Virus record (IMG/VR): IMGVR_UViG_3300015190_000002
Location: 1-54,757 of that record
Direction: 5' to 3' (one strand)
Origin: a virus
Taxonomy: Duplodnaviria; Caudoviricetes
Length of the DNA: 54,757 nt
Position 1 is the first letter of the stretch; each line of letters begins with the position of its first letter. The position numbers and the translations under genes were made by a program. Below the pieces are notes generated by a model, which worked only from the letters and a program-made list of their open reading frames with translations, had not been told where the DNA came from and made no database searches. This document shows, in pieces, positions 27,571 to 36,706 of the stretch.

Positions 27571-27750
27571 TCAGAACAGCGCCTCCTGTCCCACGGCTAC
27601 TTTCCGCAGCTTGCGGCTAGGCTTCGGCGGCAGGTTGGCGCCAATGATCGACGATGCGATGCGCCGCCGCAGTTCACCACGTTGACGCGCGGCCTCTTCT
27701 TGCTTGAGACGGACGACCCCTGGCGCTTCCTTGACGCGACTCGTTCTCAT
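27571..27750 (-). CDS. 59-aa basic protein, first gene of the tra operon
   Basis: Hand translation MRTSRVKEAPGVVRLKQEE...VGQEALF*; stop 1 nt before next start and contains its GGAGG; TAGTGT lies 7 nt upstream of ATG. Confidence 0.5.
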   Translation of the reverse strand: MRTSRVKEAPGVVRLKQEEAARQRGELRRRIASSIIGANLPPKPSRKLRKVAVGQEALF

Positions 27751-27837
27751 GCTGGTTACACTAAACTTACACCGTGGTTATAATCAACCGCAAGGGTGAC
27801 TATCAACACACCTTGGCGTAAACTGCGTTACATCTTG

Positions 27838-28053
27838 GTGCGCCTTACTCGTCTCAAGCGGCGACGTCTTGAGAAGGGCTGGACGCTCCGCGACTTGCGA
27901 GATGCGACCGGGTTCAGCGTCAGGACGTTGAGCCTGCTCGAGCGCGGCGAGACGGAACCTCGGCCGGCGACGATCAGCCGCCTCGCTACTGTGCTCGAGT
28001 GCCGCCCCGTCGACTTGATGGAGCCCGAGTCGCCGTCGCACTTTAGCGACTAA
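27838..28053 (+). CDS. XRE-family HTH regulator divergent from the tra operon
   Basis: LKRRRLEKGWTLRDLRDATGFSVRTLSLLERGETEPR..TISRLA. Confidence 0.85.
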   Translation: MRLTRLKRRRLEKGWTLRDLRDATGFSVRTLSLLERGETEPRPATISRLATVLECRPVDLMEPESPSHFSD

Positions 28054-28055
28054 AG

Positions 28056-28097
28056 AACCGAAGCCCCTCGATTCTCGCCAATCGAAGGGCTCCGGTT
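28056..28097. terminator. Hairpin between convergent XRE and lysis genes (probably bidirectional terminator)
   Basis: AACCGAAGCCCCTCGATT-6 nt-AATCGAAGGGCTCCGGTT. Confidence 0.6.
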
Positions 28098-28155
28098 TGG
28101 GGGAGGACTGCCGGGCGCACCAGGGGAGGAGGTGTGCGTCCGGCAGATCAGGCGA

Positions 28156-28404
28156 TTACTGCGGCGGCGGCTGAGGTGTTGACACGGACGGAACCGAGCT
28201 GCCGACCGACAGGGGTTGATTCGTCTTGAGCACGCGCAGAGCCGCGTTCACGATTGCCAGCGCGGCCGTAGCCCACACACCAACCTGAACAGGCAGGCCG
28301 AGCTGTAGCCAACTGTCTGCAATGGTGCCGAGAATAATCGCCACGATCGAGCCGATGTTCAGCCACATCGTGAACGAGGTGTACCAGGGCTTCGCCGGGC
28401 TCAT
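28156..28404 (-). CDS. Holin-like protein
   Basis: KPWYTS.T.W.N...2 TMs...N..LR..T.QP pattern typical of phage holins. Confidence 0.7.
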   Translation of the reverse strand: MSPAKPWYTSFTMWLNIGSIVAIILGTIADSWLQLGLPVQVGVWATAALAIVNAALRVLKTNQPLSVGSSVPSVSTPQPPPQ

Positions 28405-28610
28405 TCAAATTCCTCTCGGATCAGTTTATCCCGTTGCCGTCGATAAAACACGAGATGGTCGACCAGCACCTGATCCGTCATCACGGCGTTGTGGGCGGCG
28501 CACGTCTCTGTTCGGTTGCCGCCCTCGCCGTAGACGCAAGTGCAGTGGCGCTCGAGCGCTGCTTGCAGCTCACGGCCCTCCTCGCCGCTTCCATTCCACA
28601 TGACCGGCAC
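28401..28610 (-). CDS. Small hypothetical protein
   Basis: Coupled ORF with HCTC...CAAH. Confidence 0.5.
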   Translation of the reverse strand: MPVMWNGSGEEGRELQAALERHCTCVYGEGGNRTETCAAHNAVMTDQVLVDHLVFYRRQRDKLIREEFE

Positions 28611-28619
28611 GACAACGCA

Positions 28620-28805
28620 CTAGCGAATCGGTCCGAACGCGAACGGGATGTTGAGTAGCAGTGCGATGAGCAGGATAAGCGCGATGACAATGCAGATCCA
28701 GCCGACGATAGACATGATCGTCTGAAGCGGCGGTGGCATGCCCAGGCGGGGCGAGTAGTACGCCAGAATAAGAAGGATCACGCCAACTATCAAGAATCCG
28801 ATCAT
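28620..28805 (-). CDS. Small 2-TM membrane protein (holin/antiholin-like)
   Basis: Two hydrophobic helices; AAGGAG RBS; follows endolysin. Confidence 0.65.
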   Translation of the reverse strand: MIGFLIVGVILLILAYYSPRLGMPPPLQTIMSIVGWICIVIALILLIALLLNIPFAFGPIR

Positions 28806-28817
28806 CTGAGTCTCCTT

Positions 28818-29648
28818 TCAGGAGTGTGCGATTCCGTGCTGGTCCGCGACCGTACGGATACCGTTGACGAGGTTTCTGACTGCCGACGATGAAGCCTTCT
28901 GTTTTGCTACCGGCTTGAGCAAGTCGCCGCCGATGAAGCCGATGGCGCTGACCAACCCGTCCCGATCGGACGCGATCGCAGCGCATGGATCCGGTGTGGT
29001 CGGTGGATCTGACGGCTGGCCGAGCTCAGCGGCTTCGCCGTCTGAGAGCACGTTCAGATCAAGCCCACCAACCCCCCCGACAGACGTAGTGCCTCGAAAC
29101 TGCTTGATTCGAGCGTCCCGCCAGCCTCCGTACGGGACAAATCCTACCGCCGCGTCGGCCACCTGATCGTAGTTGGCATCCCAAAGCTCGCGGTCGGCGA
29201 AGGCGTTACTGTTGCCCATGTAGCGACGGTCAGCCCAGAACCAGCGGCCCGAGTAGATACCCGTCTTCTCGCCGCTGGTGGTGACGAACGCATCGCACTC
29301 AACGAGCGCCGCGGTCACCTTCGCCTCACACGTCGCCTGGTCGTATTTGACTGCTGCCGTGTCCTCGACATCGAGCCAGAGCTGCCGAATGGTCAGGCCA
29401 GACAGCAGGCCTAGCTTCCGTTGAGTGTCGGTGACGTCAAGGTCGAACCAGAGCCACACGTACGCGTCGACCGTCAGGCCGCCGTCCAGACACGCCTGAA
29501 TTTGATTGCGCGTCACGCCCGCCGGAAATCCCGGCGGCGGGTCGACAGCCTGGACAATGACGACCTCGACGCCCGCGGCCTTGAGTGCCTGTACTGCGTC
29601 TGGTGTGAGCGGGTCGGTAAAGTTCGAGCAGTCTACGGCAAGCGTCAC
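28818..29648 (-). CDS. GH25 muramidase endolysin
   Basis: AVDCSNF, LWLDVED (DxE), GIYSG..FW, LWDANY, IKQF, LDLN. Confidence 0.85.
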   Translation of the reverse strand: MTLAVDCSNFTDPLTPDAVQALKAAGVEVVIVQAVDPPPGFPAGVTRNQIQACLDGGLTVDAYVWLWFDLDVTDTQRKLGLLSGLTIRQLWLDVEDTAAVKYDQATCEAKVTAALVECDAFVTTSGEKTGIYSGRWFWADRRYMGNSNAFADRELWDANYDQVADAAVGFVPYGGWRDARIKQFRGTTSVGGVGGLDLNVLSDGEAAELGQPSDPPTTPDPCAAIASDRDGLVSAIGFIGGDLLKPVAKQKASSSAVRNLVNGIRTVADQHGIAHS

Positions 29649-30244
29649 GGGTCTACCTTTCCTTTTCGTTCCAACTCGTCGAGTCGCCTATCAGTCTCGC
29701 CGCTATGCTCCGCGACCGCCGTGTCCGTCTTCGTGACCGCGAACTCGATGTTCACGACACGAGGCTGTACGTCTCCGAGCTGGACAGAGATAGAGTCCAG
29801 ATGCGCCTCGTTCGACTTCTGATCGACGGCACGCTGAGCTTCGTCACGGGTGACAGTGTCGCGGTCGACGACAACGTACGTCAGACTACGTAGCCACATA
29901 TGCCGAGTATGAACGTAGTCGACGACGGTCTTGTACCCCCAGATGACGACGCCGCCGATGAGCCCCCACGTCACAACCGTGCCGTACAGCGTGGTCGGCG
30001 GCGGGACTACCGGCGGTGGGATGAGCAGTCCAACGATACCAATCGCCAGGAAGACGAACCAGCCTAAAACGAGGAGCCCCTGGTCTGTTCGCCAATGCTT
30101 CGCATCGTGGAGGACTTCCGCCGGCTCGTTCCGTAGCTGAACAGTGCGGAGCGACAGGCTAGCGAAGCGGAATGACAGGCACGAGGTGATGAACCCGCTA
30201 TTGCAAAACACCAACCAGACCACGATCTCAGCAGTGAAGGTCAC
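29645..30244 (-). CDS. 3-TM membrane protein with C-terminal coiled coil
   Basis: Hydrophobic segments; coupled to endolysin. Confidence 0.6.
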   Translation of the reverse strand: MTFTAEIVVWLVFCNSGFITSCLSFRFASLSLRTVQLRNEPAEVLHDAKHWRTDQGLLVLGWFVFLAIGIVGLLIPPPVVPPPTTLYGTVVTWGLIGGVVIWGYKTVVDYVHTRHMWLRSLTYVVVDRDTVTRDEAQRAVDQKSNEAHLDSISVQLGDVQPRVVNIEFAVTKTDTAVAEHSGETDRRLDELERKGKVDP

Positions 30245-30462
30245 GCGGCGGGCTCCTTGCCTGGCGGAAGTCTACCGCCAGAACGCGCCCGTAGTCGCGC
30301 CTCAGCCACCGATACGTCGGCGTTCAACAGGTCAATATCCCTCTGGAGCTGGTCGACCTTAACGTGCGCCGAGTGCAGATCAAGCGAGTGAGTTACCGGA
30401 ACTGGCGCCGCGGTGCGAGGTGTCGTGTTCATCAGGTGGTCGATAAAATCGAGCACGCTCAT
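30241..30462 (-). CDS. Small coiled-coil protein
   Basis: Coupled ORF in lysis cassette. Confidence 0.5.
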   Translation of the reverse strand: MSVLDFIDHLMNTTPRTAAPVPVTHSLDLHSAHVKVDQLQRDIDLLNADVSVAEARLRARSGGRLPPGKEPAA

Positions 30463-30734
30463 ACGGGATAGTCCTTGGCGTTGTCAGTCACAACCCGAGC
30501 CGCCCTGGTTGTGACTTGCTTGCCCAATTGAGCAACCAGCAACGCTCGCTCTCCCACGCTTCGCCACCCATCACGATCAGCGGCCATAGCGTTCAGGTTC
30601 TCTCTCAGCGCGTCTCTCTCCGCACGCGTAGTCGTGTATAGATGCCACTCGATAACGTGGACCACTATCGCGCCGGCCATAACTACGAACACGAGGCTGA
30701 TGGCAATTAACCATCCAAGTACACCCGTGTCCAT
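30459..30734 (-). CDS. Single-TM coiled-coil protein
   Basis: N-terminal TM followed by heptads. Confidence 0.55.
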   Translation of the reverse strand: MDTGVLGWLIAISLVFVVMAGAIVVHVIEWHLYTTTRAERDALRENLNAMAADRDGWRSVGERALLVAQLGKQVTTRAARVVTDNAKDYPV

Positions 30735-31063
30735 CAGGCCGTGGTATCTGGCGGGACTTCACCCCGAGCCTCCATGAGCTCCTGCTCGAGTCGCTTGATG
30801 GTCGCCTTGGCTTGTTCCAGATTTCCGTTGACGAGCCCGTGAATCAGACTCAACGCCTTGGCTGTACGTTCGTTGTTGACGTCGAGATTCTTGGCGACTT
30901 CTTTTGTCTGTTCAGCGGCGGCGGTAGCGGCGTCTGCTGCCTTCTTGGCGTTGCGGTCAGCTCGCCAGCCGTTGTACACACTCGGAGCAATGGCCGCGAT
31001 CAGGGTGACAAAGAGCCCAATGACGGGCACCCATCCCTGGATTGCGACGGTCGGGTCCTGCAT
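30734..31063 (-). CDS. Single-TM coiled-coil protein (holin-like)
   Basis: N-terminal TM, IHGLVNG motif, coiled coil. Confidence 0.55.
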   Translation of the reverse strand: MQDPTVAIQGWVPVIGLFVTLIAAIAPSVYNGWRADRNAKKAADAATAAAEQTKEVAKNLDVNNERTAKALSLIHGLVNGNLEQAKATIKRLEQELMEARGEVPPDTTA

Positions 31064-31069
31064 TGTCCG

Positions 31070-31528
31070 CTAGGGCGCCAGAACCACAATCGGCTCAGAC
31101 CAGTAGGGGCTGGACTTGTGGCGCGCGGTCGCCTCGCCTTCGAGAATCCAGTAGCCCGGCGGAAGGTCCGTAGGGAGGATCGACAAACGCGACTGCACAA
31201 CCGTGTGACCTGGATCGACGCCGAGCGTGATTGAAGGCAGGACGAGTACTTGCTTAGGCTGAATCTCGTTCCCGTTCTCGTCGCTACGCACAAGTTGGCG
31301 GCTGACCTCAGCCGGGACAGGCGACGAGCCCGTGATGTTCCACGCCGAGCGTCCTACCCGTAACGTAACCGTGTCGCCAGGATGGATCGGCCCCGAGATG
31401 ACACGGAGCGGGTTGTCGTAGGTAACCGCTGGCGGGGCCAGCGCATCGAAAATGAGCGGTGCGTTTAGCATGATGCCGATTGCGAGCAGGACGATGCCGA
31501 GTACGACGCCTATCTGCTGCCTGGTCAT
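31070..31528 (-). CDS. Membrane-anchored Ig-like protein
   Basis: N-terminal TM; PGDTVTL...LPTDLPPGYW beta-sandwich pattern; GGAGG RBS. Confidence 0.6.
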   Translation of the reverse strand: MTRQQIGVVLGIVLLAIGIMLNAPLIFDALAPPAVTYDNPLRVISGPIHPGDTVTLRVGRSAWNITGSSPVPAEVSRQLVRSDENGNEIQPKQVLVLPSITLGVDPGHTVVQSRLSILPTDLPPGYWILEGEATARHKSSPYWSEPIVVLAP

Positions 31529-31565
31529 CGCCTGCCTCCGGTGCTGACTTCATGGTAACCGACCA

Positions 31566-34016
31566 TCACCCGATCACCTGAGCGAACGAGCGGCCGCCAC
31601 TGCGCCCTGTAGAGAATCCGACTCCGGTTCCGGTCCCGGTCCCGGTGCCAGTACTTACTGATGCCGCCGTTCCAGCCCAGAACGAACTAATCTGGTATTC
31701 TCCGATCCACTTCACATTTGTAAGACCGTTCAAAGAGGCGGGCGCAGGAATTTGTGTATCGCGTGCGCCGTTTCCGAACACATAGTATTCTCCAATTACA
31801 TCAGCTTGACTTCCGCCCACTCCACCACCACTCGTATACACTTTGCCGTCACCGCAAAGTACTTGCAACGAGTAGCTAAAGTGCCTGGGAATCTGAACTA
31901 TAGAAAGCGGTAACGGATAGCCAGGATTCTTCCAGCGCGCCGGCGTATTGACGTGCCCAAAAAATTGTGAACCCTGAGTAAAACCGTTCCCTAATTGTCC
32001 AAGATCATTCAGGCCCATCCCCCATATGTCGCCGTTGCTATCAAGCGCGATCGTATTCATGTAACCCGCGCCTGCGTCAACTACATTCTGATAGGGAAGC
32101 GTGAACCATCCTATGCGCGGGGGGACGGTTGGGATGCCGAGCTGACCACCCAGGCCATCCGTGGCACCGGATACGGCTCCGTTACCCATCATCGTTCCAT
32201 CAGTCATCACGGCAAGCAAACAACCCCAGCCCAAAATCACCTTGCGCGCCGTGCCCGGAGGAGTGTAGTCGTTCCACCACGAGGTCGGGAACACCGGACC
32301 AAAAAAGCCTGCTGTTTGCACCGTTCCATTTGTGTACAAGACAATCAGGTACGAACCGTCTGAATCGTAATCCGCAACTCCGGTTGCGACAATCATCGGT
32401 GAGAGTACAAACAACTGTGTTAGTGGACTAAATCCAAATGCCGCAAGCTGGTTGCTTCCCCACCCGTAGAGTGTTCCGTCTGAAGAAAGAGCAAAGCACG
32501 AAGCACCGGCAGTAGCGCGAACAATATTGCTCAATCCCGGTACTGGTGTTGGGGTATAGACGTAGGACCACGAACGCGTACCATCGCCAGCTTGGCCGTC
32601 AGCGGTTGTTCCTGTCATATAGACCCTGCCATCGAGGCCAACAAACATAGCTGAAACGCCGCCAGTCGCATCGGTGCAACTAGCGGAAGTCAGGGGTACA
32701 GATGTACCAAGAACGAGCCCAGGTACTTCAGGCAGGGGTGTGGGACGGGGAATAGCGAACCCCGGAAGTTTTCCTATTCCGCTCGTGCCGTAATTGACCC
32801 CCCAGTAGTAGGTCGATGTGACAGGCGCAAGCCAGTACGAAAGGTATGTACCACTGCCGGCAAGATAGGCACCCCCCGAAGCAACAAGTACGGTCGGGTT
32901 ACTCTGGCCTACAGGTAGGCTTTCACCTGTAGACGTCCACGCGTCTGAGGACGGGGTGTACCGATAAATCAGATTTGAAGTGCTAACGATTGCGCCGGTT
33001 GACGATGCATACGGTGAGCCGAAAGCATAAAGATTGCCACCTACGAAGGCGAGCGGCCCAGAAGCATAGAACGGAGCTGGCGCGAGCACGGTCCATTTGT
33101 CTGTCCGCCAGTTATACCGCTGTGTTGTGGCATATGGATTGGTGGAGAAGGGACCAGCCGGCGCGACCTCATAAATCGAGTTGTCGCCGTCAAGTGCTGT
33201 CTGCGGACCAACGAGGCCGCTGGTGATCGCTCGAATATACCCGTCGGCAAGCTTCGTCCATGTGCCTGTGCCAGTGTCATAGCGCCAGGAACCTATTTGA
33301 GTGCCGCCGTCCGGGTCAATGTCGAGCAGGTACATTCGCCCGTAGCTGTCGACCAGTGGGCGATACAGAGCCTCCAGCGTGCGAAGGATTGGCGCAGCCG
33401 AGCTCGAGGCACCGGCTCGACCCGGACTGCCCGAGGCAGGTATGGCCGATATGGCACTGGTGTACCACCCGCCCCCCGAGAACAGAACGCCATCTGAGAA
33501 GTCCCATGCAGTCGCGCCGCCAGGGAACGCGTCCTGGCCTATCAGGATGTCCTGCCCGCCTGCGGCAGTTGTTCCGCCGATGACCCACATCCGATTCAGC
33601 TCGTCGCCGTAGTACCAGAAGTTGCTGCGCCCGCCGTACAGGCTCGGGCCGGCTCCCCACAGCGGCATTGCGGCGAGTGCAGACCACGCATTCGTGGACG
33701 AGTTGTAGTAGGCAGCGCGCGAGGTCTGCGCAAAGGTGCCGCCGGCATCCGGATACGCCGTTCCGCCGATATAGATGATGCCGCCTGACCCGTCGATGTG
33801 CAGCGCAGAGCCCTCTTGGTACTGGGGCGCGTTCGCTAGCGTTGTCCACGTCTGCGTGGCCGGGTCGTAACGTTCTGGTTGACGGTTAGCCACATCTGGG
33901 CTCGATGTGGTGCCCGTTCCGCCGAATATGGTGAGGCGCTTCGCTGAGTCGAGCCCCATCAAAAACGGCCCGCGATCACGCCTGTACGTGAACGAGGGGA
34001 GGACCGTTATCGACAC
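31566..34016 (-). CDS. Putative receptor-binding protein: Kelch-like propeller plus RCC1-like propeller
   Basis: GG...ERYDP.T.TWT.LA.P Kelch repeats in the N-half; DG.VY..G...GQ.G.G and GDIWGMG.N..GQLGNG RCC1 repeats in the C-half. Confidence 0.7.
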   Translation of the reverse strand: MSITVLPSFTYRRDRGPFLMGLDSAKRLTIFGGTGTTSSPDVANRQPERYDPATQTWTTLANAPQYQEGSALHIDGSGGIIYIGGTAYPDAGGTFAQTSRAAYYNSSTNAWSALAAMPLWGAGPSLYGGRSNFWYYGDELNRMWVIGGTTAAGGQDILIGQDAFPGGATAWDFSDGVLFSGGGWYTSAISAIPASGSPGRAGASSSAAPILRTLEALYRPLVDSYGRMYLLDIDPDGGTQIGSWRYDTGTGTWTKLADGYIRAITSGLVGPQTALDGDNSIYEVAPAGPFSTNPYATTQRYNWRTDKWTVLAPAPFYASGPLAFVGGNLYAFGSPYASSTGAIVSTSNLIYRYTPSSDAWTSTGESLPVGQSNPTVLVASGGAYLAGSGTYLSYWLAPVTSTYYWGVNYGTSGIGKLPGFAIPRPTPLPEVPGLVLGTSVPLTSASCTDATGGVSAMFVGLDGRVYMTGTTADGQAGDGTRSWSYVYTPTPVPGLSNIVRATAGASCFALSSDGTLYGWGSNQLAAFGFSPLTQLFVLSPMIVATGVADYDSDGSYLIVLYTNGTVQTAGFFGPVFPTSWWNDYTPPGTARKVILGWGCLLAVMTDGTMMGNGAVSGATDGLGGQLGIPTVPPRIGWFTLPYQNVVDAGAGYMNTIALDSNGDIWGMGLNDLGQLGNGFTQGSQFFGHVNTPARWKNPGYPLPLSIVQIPRHFSYSLQVLCGDGKVYTSGGGVGGSQADVIGEYYVFGNGARDTQIPAPASLNGLTNVKWIGEYQISSFWAGTAASVSTGTGTGTGTGVGFSTGRSGGRSFAQVIG

Positions 34017-34023
34017 GCTACTC

Positions 34024-34581
34024 TCAGCAGAGTTCCAGCCTGACCGTTGTGCCAGCCGCGAAGTTCCCTGACGACGGCGTCAGAAGGATTGAGGTGATCG
34101 GCGCCGTGTTGCGCCACCAGCCGTTGAATTGATCGCCCGCTACTTGAGTCGTTGCCGTGCCGGTTCTGTAGTGTGAATTTGAGAGAGTAGTCTTTTGGAA
34201 CACCGTGCTGGTGTAATTAGCTATAACGACTTCGGCCTGACCGGCGGCATTAGTTGGTGCCGTGCCGCCGCACATATTAGCTATCTGAATGGACGTTGCA
34301 TTCACGGCACCCTGAGCCGAGCTCGCTCCGTTCGCCAACCATTCAATCGAGTTGTAGTCGTAGTTCGTACCCGTGTCGCCGTTGAATTGACAATTGACCA
34401 CCGCGAACAGAGCGGCCGCGTCACTTCGCCACTGAGCTATCAGCCGGATGTTGTGATAGGTGTAAGACAGCGGCAAGTTCGTGAACTGGATACTCGCTCT
34501 TGGAAAGAGGAGCTCCACACGACTCGCCGCGAACACGTCCGGAACGACTGCCGAAGGCCAACCGACGAAGCCCTGATTCAC
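34024..34581 (-). CDS. Minor tail/fibre-associated protein
   Basis: FNGDTGTNY...W.NTAPITSI.L.PSSGNF.AGT pattern seen in phage fibre-tip proteins. Confidence 0.6.
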   Translation of the reverse strand: MNQGFVGWPSAVVPDVFAASRVELLFPRASIQFTNLPLSYTYHNIRLIAQWRSDAAALFAVVNCQFNGDTGTNYDYNSIEWLANGASSAQGAVNATSIQIANMCGGTAPTNAAGQAEVVIANYTSTVFQKTTLSNSHYRTGTATTQVAGDQFNGWWRNTAPITSILLTPSSGNFAAGTTVRLELC

Positions 34582-34584
34582 GGC

Positions 34585-34986
34585 CTAGAAATCCCCGCCG
34601 TGTGCGATGACGTCGAACGACTCTGCATTCTGAGTTGAGGCTCTGAGCACGTACGCATTCGGGAGTACCAGCAAAGGGTTCGCGTCTGAGCTGATGATCG
34701 TCACCGTATATGCCAGCACCGTGCCGCTCGGCGTAATGGCCGGGATAGACAGCTCACGCCAGAGTCGCGTTGCCGACACGCCATCCCAGATGTACAAGCG
34801 AACCATGCCCGCTGTAGTCGTACTGGTGGCGGTCACGATGATTCGGTCTACTCGTGTACCGTTGATCGCAGCAGTCACGACGTCGCCGAGCGTGCCCGTG
34901 CCGTCGCGATTCGTATTCGAGGTCGAGATGCGGACCATTCCGAGATGCGGAACGATGGTAAAGATTGGCGTCGTGTTTGCTGCCAT
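34585..34986 (-). CDS. Minor tail/fibre-associated protein
   Basis: beta-rich 133-aa ORF between fibre genes. Confidence 0.55.
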   Translation of the reverse strand: MAANTTPIFTIVPHLGMVRISTSNTNRDGTGTLGDVVTAAINGTRVDRIIVTATSTTTAGMVRLYIWDGVSATRLWRELSIPAITPSGTVLAYTVTIISSDANPLLVLPNAYVLRASTQNAESFDVIAHGGDF

Positions 34987-34995
34987 GATCCACTC

Positions 34996-36048
34996 CTAGA
35001 TGTAGTTCTGAATCAGGTAAAGCGAGCTCGCGGTGTTGTTCGTCGTACCGCCACCGCCGCCGCCAGTTGGATTTGCCCAGCCGGGCTGGCCGCCGATCAC
35101 CGTAAGAACCTGACCGCCGCCGCCGATAGGCACCCGAATGGCCGCCCCCGCCGTACCGCCCGAGATCATGTCACCGATGGCAATCATCGGATTGGCAAAA
35201 CCGGCTGCACTCGCCGCCCAGCCAACGACGCCCGAAACTATCGAAAGCACCTGATTGTTGGCGCCGATGCCAAGACGACCAGGCAAACCCGATCCGCCGC
35301 CGACGATCAGATCCTGATTCGTCGTCATCGGGTTAGCCATACCGCCGCCCGCTTGCGTCCACGTACCCGGCGAGCCCGCGCCTGTACAGATCCAGACTTT
35401 ACCCGTCAGGTCGATTACGTACTCGCCTACCGCGTGTGTGCCCGAGGCCGGCGGGCCACTGGGAGTTCCGCCAGCAAAGGTTGCCGGCGAGGTCGCGCCA
35501 GTAAGTCCGGTCGTGGTGTACGACGTGGCGCTGTTGCCCCACGCCGGATCAGTGCCGTTCGAGCCCAGGAATTGCCCGGCAGTACCGATCACGAGCCGCA
35601 CCAGCGCACTCGCGCTGCGGGTAATCAAGTCCCCGCGCGAGGTGGTTGGATCAGACAGCGCAGCCCCAACGAACAACTTGGAGAAGGTGATTGCAGTCGT
35701 GCCGACAGTCACGGCGGCGGACTGCGTATACACCCACATCGACGTGCCGTTGATCGAGCCTTCTCGAACATACGCGAGAAAGCCGAACACGAAATCAGTC
35801 GCCAGCGCGTTGTCTACCGCGCGCGTGGCTGTCGTCACGGCGCCATTCCAGACGTAGATGCCGTTCTGGGACGGAGTCGTTTGGTCCTTGAGCAGGATCC
35901 GGTCGCCGCTGGCGAGCGTGACGCCGTCCATACTCGCGCCAGGAGCGGTCAGCGTGATGTTCACCGTCGAAGCCGCGCGTACAGGCGTCTTCGTGCGCTT
36001 CGCTTCGTGAAGATCCAGGCCGCCGAGATTCGCGTGTGTGGTTGGCAT
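34996..36048 (-). CDS. Tail fibre protein
   Basis: VRAAST.NITL...DGVTL.SGDRILLKDQT..SQNGIY domain and repeated [NA]PMT..GD.I.GG.G.P.RL.IG..QVL motifs. Confidence 0.7.
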   Translation of the reverse strand: MPTTHANLGGLDLHEAKRTKTPVRAASTVNITLTAPGASMDGVTLASGDRILLKDQTTPSQNGIYVWNGAVTTATRAVDNALATDFVFGFLAYVREGSINGTSMWVYTQSAAVTVGTTAITFSKLFVGAALSDPTTSRGDLITRSASALVRLVIGTAGQFLGSNGTDPAWGNSATSYTTTGLTGATSPATFAGGTPSGPPASGTHAVGEYVIDLTGKVWICTGAGSPGTWTQAGGGMANPMTTNQDLIVGGGSGLPGRLGIGANNQVLSIVSGVVGWAASAAGFANPMIAIGDMISGGTAGAAIRVPIGGGGQVLTVIGGQPGWANPTGGGGGGTTNNTASSLYLIQNYI

Positions 36049-36049
36049 C

Positions 36050-36706
36050 CTACGACCTCAATACAACGGGGTTACCATTTGCGTCGACTACGGGCGTGCC
36101 GGTGGTGTCCTGAACACCCGTGATACCAACAGTGACGTCCGTTGCCCGTAGCAACAGGCTGCAAGTAAGCCACGTCGCCAACCCCGTAAACGACGTGAGG
36201 CGAGCAATCAGGATATCGCCCGTGGTGAAATTCGTCACCCATCCTAGAAGGGGAATAGTTGAAACGGACGCCGCCGCAAGAATCGCAGAGACACCAGTGC
36301 CAACGATTGACGCGGCTGTCCCGAAGGTGGTGATCTGCGTCAGCGCGATATCAACCGTAGCGGTGACTACTGTCGGTCTGCCGGTTGCATCACCGGCGTA
36401 CAAATGTACCCACTGAAGGCTGCACGAGAACGGAACCTCTACGAGTATCGGGTCAACAGTTGCCTGCGTTCCTGTGAGTACCAACGGTGGCGATGTGCCC
36501 CCACCTGGCGGTGGGGTCAGCACGAATGACGGCACGACGATCGGAGTGCCCCCGCCAGTCCATTCGAAATTGACCGTGGCCGTACGAGGAGGAGGAGTCG
36601 GCGTGTCGGGCAGTCTTCGCTGCGCCTTGGTGAGCAGTGTCGTAAACGCTTGATCGAGAACGCTGTCAACGCTCACCCGACGTACTCCAGCGTTTGACGA
36701 AACCAC
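36050..36706 (-). CDS. Minor tail protein
   Basis: Position between baseplate hub and fibre. Confidence 0.5.
   Translation of the reverse strand: MVSSNAGVRRVSVDSVLDQAFTTLLTKAQRRLPDTPTPPPRTATVNFEWTGGGTPIVVPSFVLTPPPGGGTSPPLVLTGTQATVDPILVEVPFSCSLQWVHLYAGDATGRPTVVTATVDIALTQITTFGTAASIVGTGVSAILAAASVSTIPLLGWVTNFTTGDILIARLTSFTGLATWLTCSLLLRATDVTVGITGVQDTTGTPVVDANGNPVVLRS

Noticed and set aside
31566-36048. Diversity-generating retroelement acting on tail fibres
   Set aside because: No reverse transcriptase ORF and no TR/VR pair seen.
34945-36123. 392-aa plus-strand ORF and similar long antisense ORFs (e.g. 51180..51965)
   Set aside because: Arg-rich antisense shadows of well-supported minus-strand genes in GC-rich DNA.
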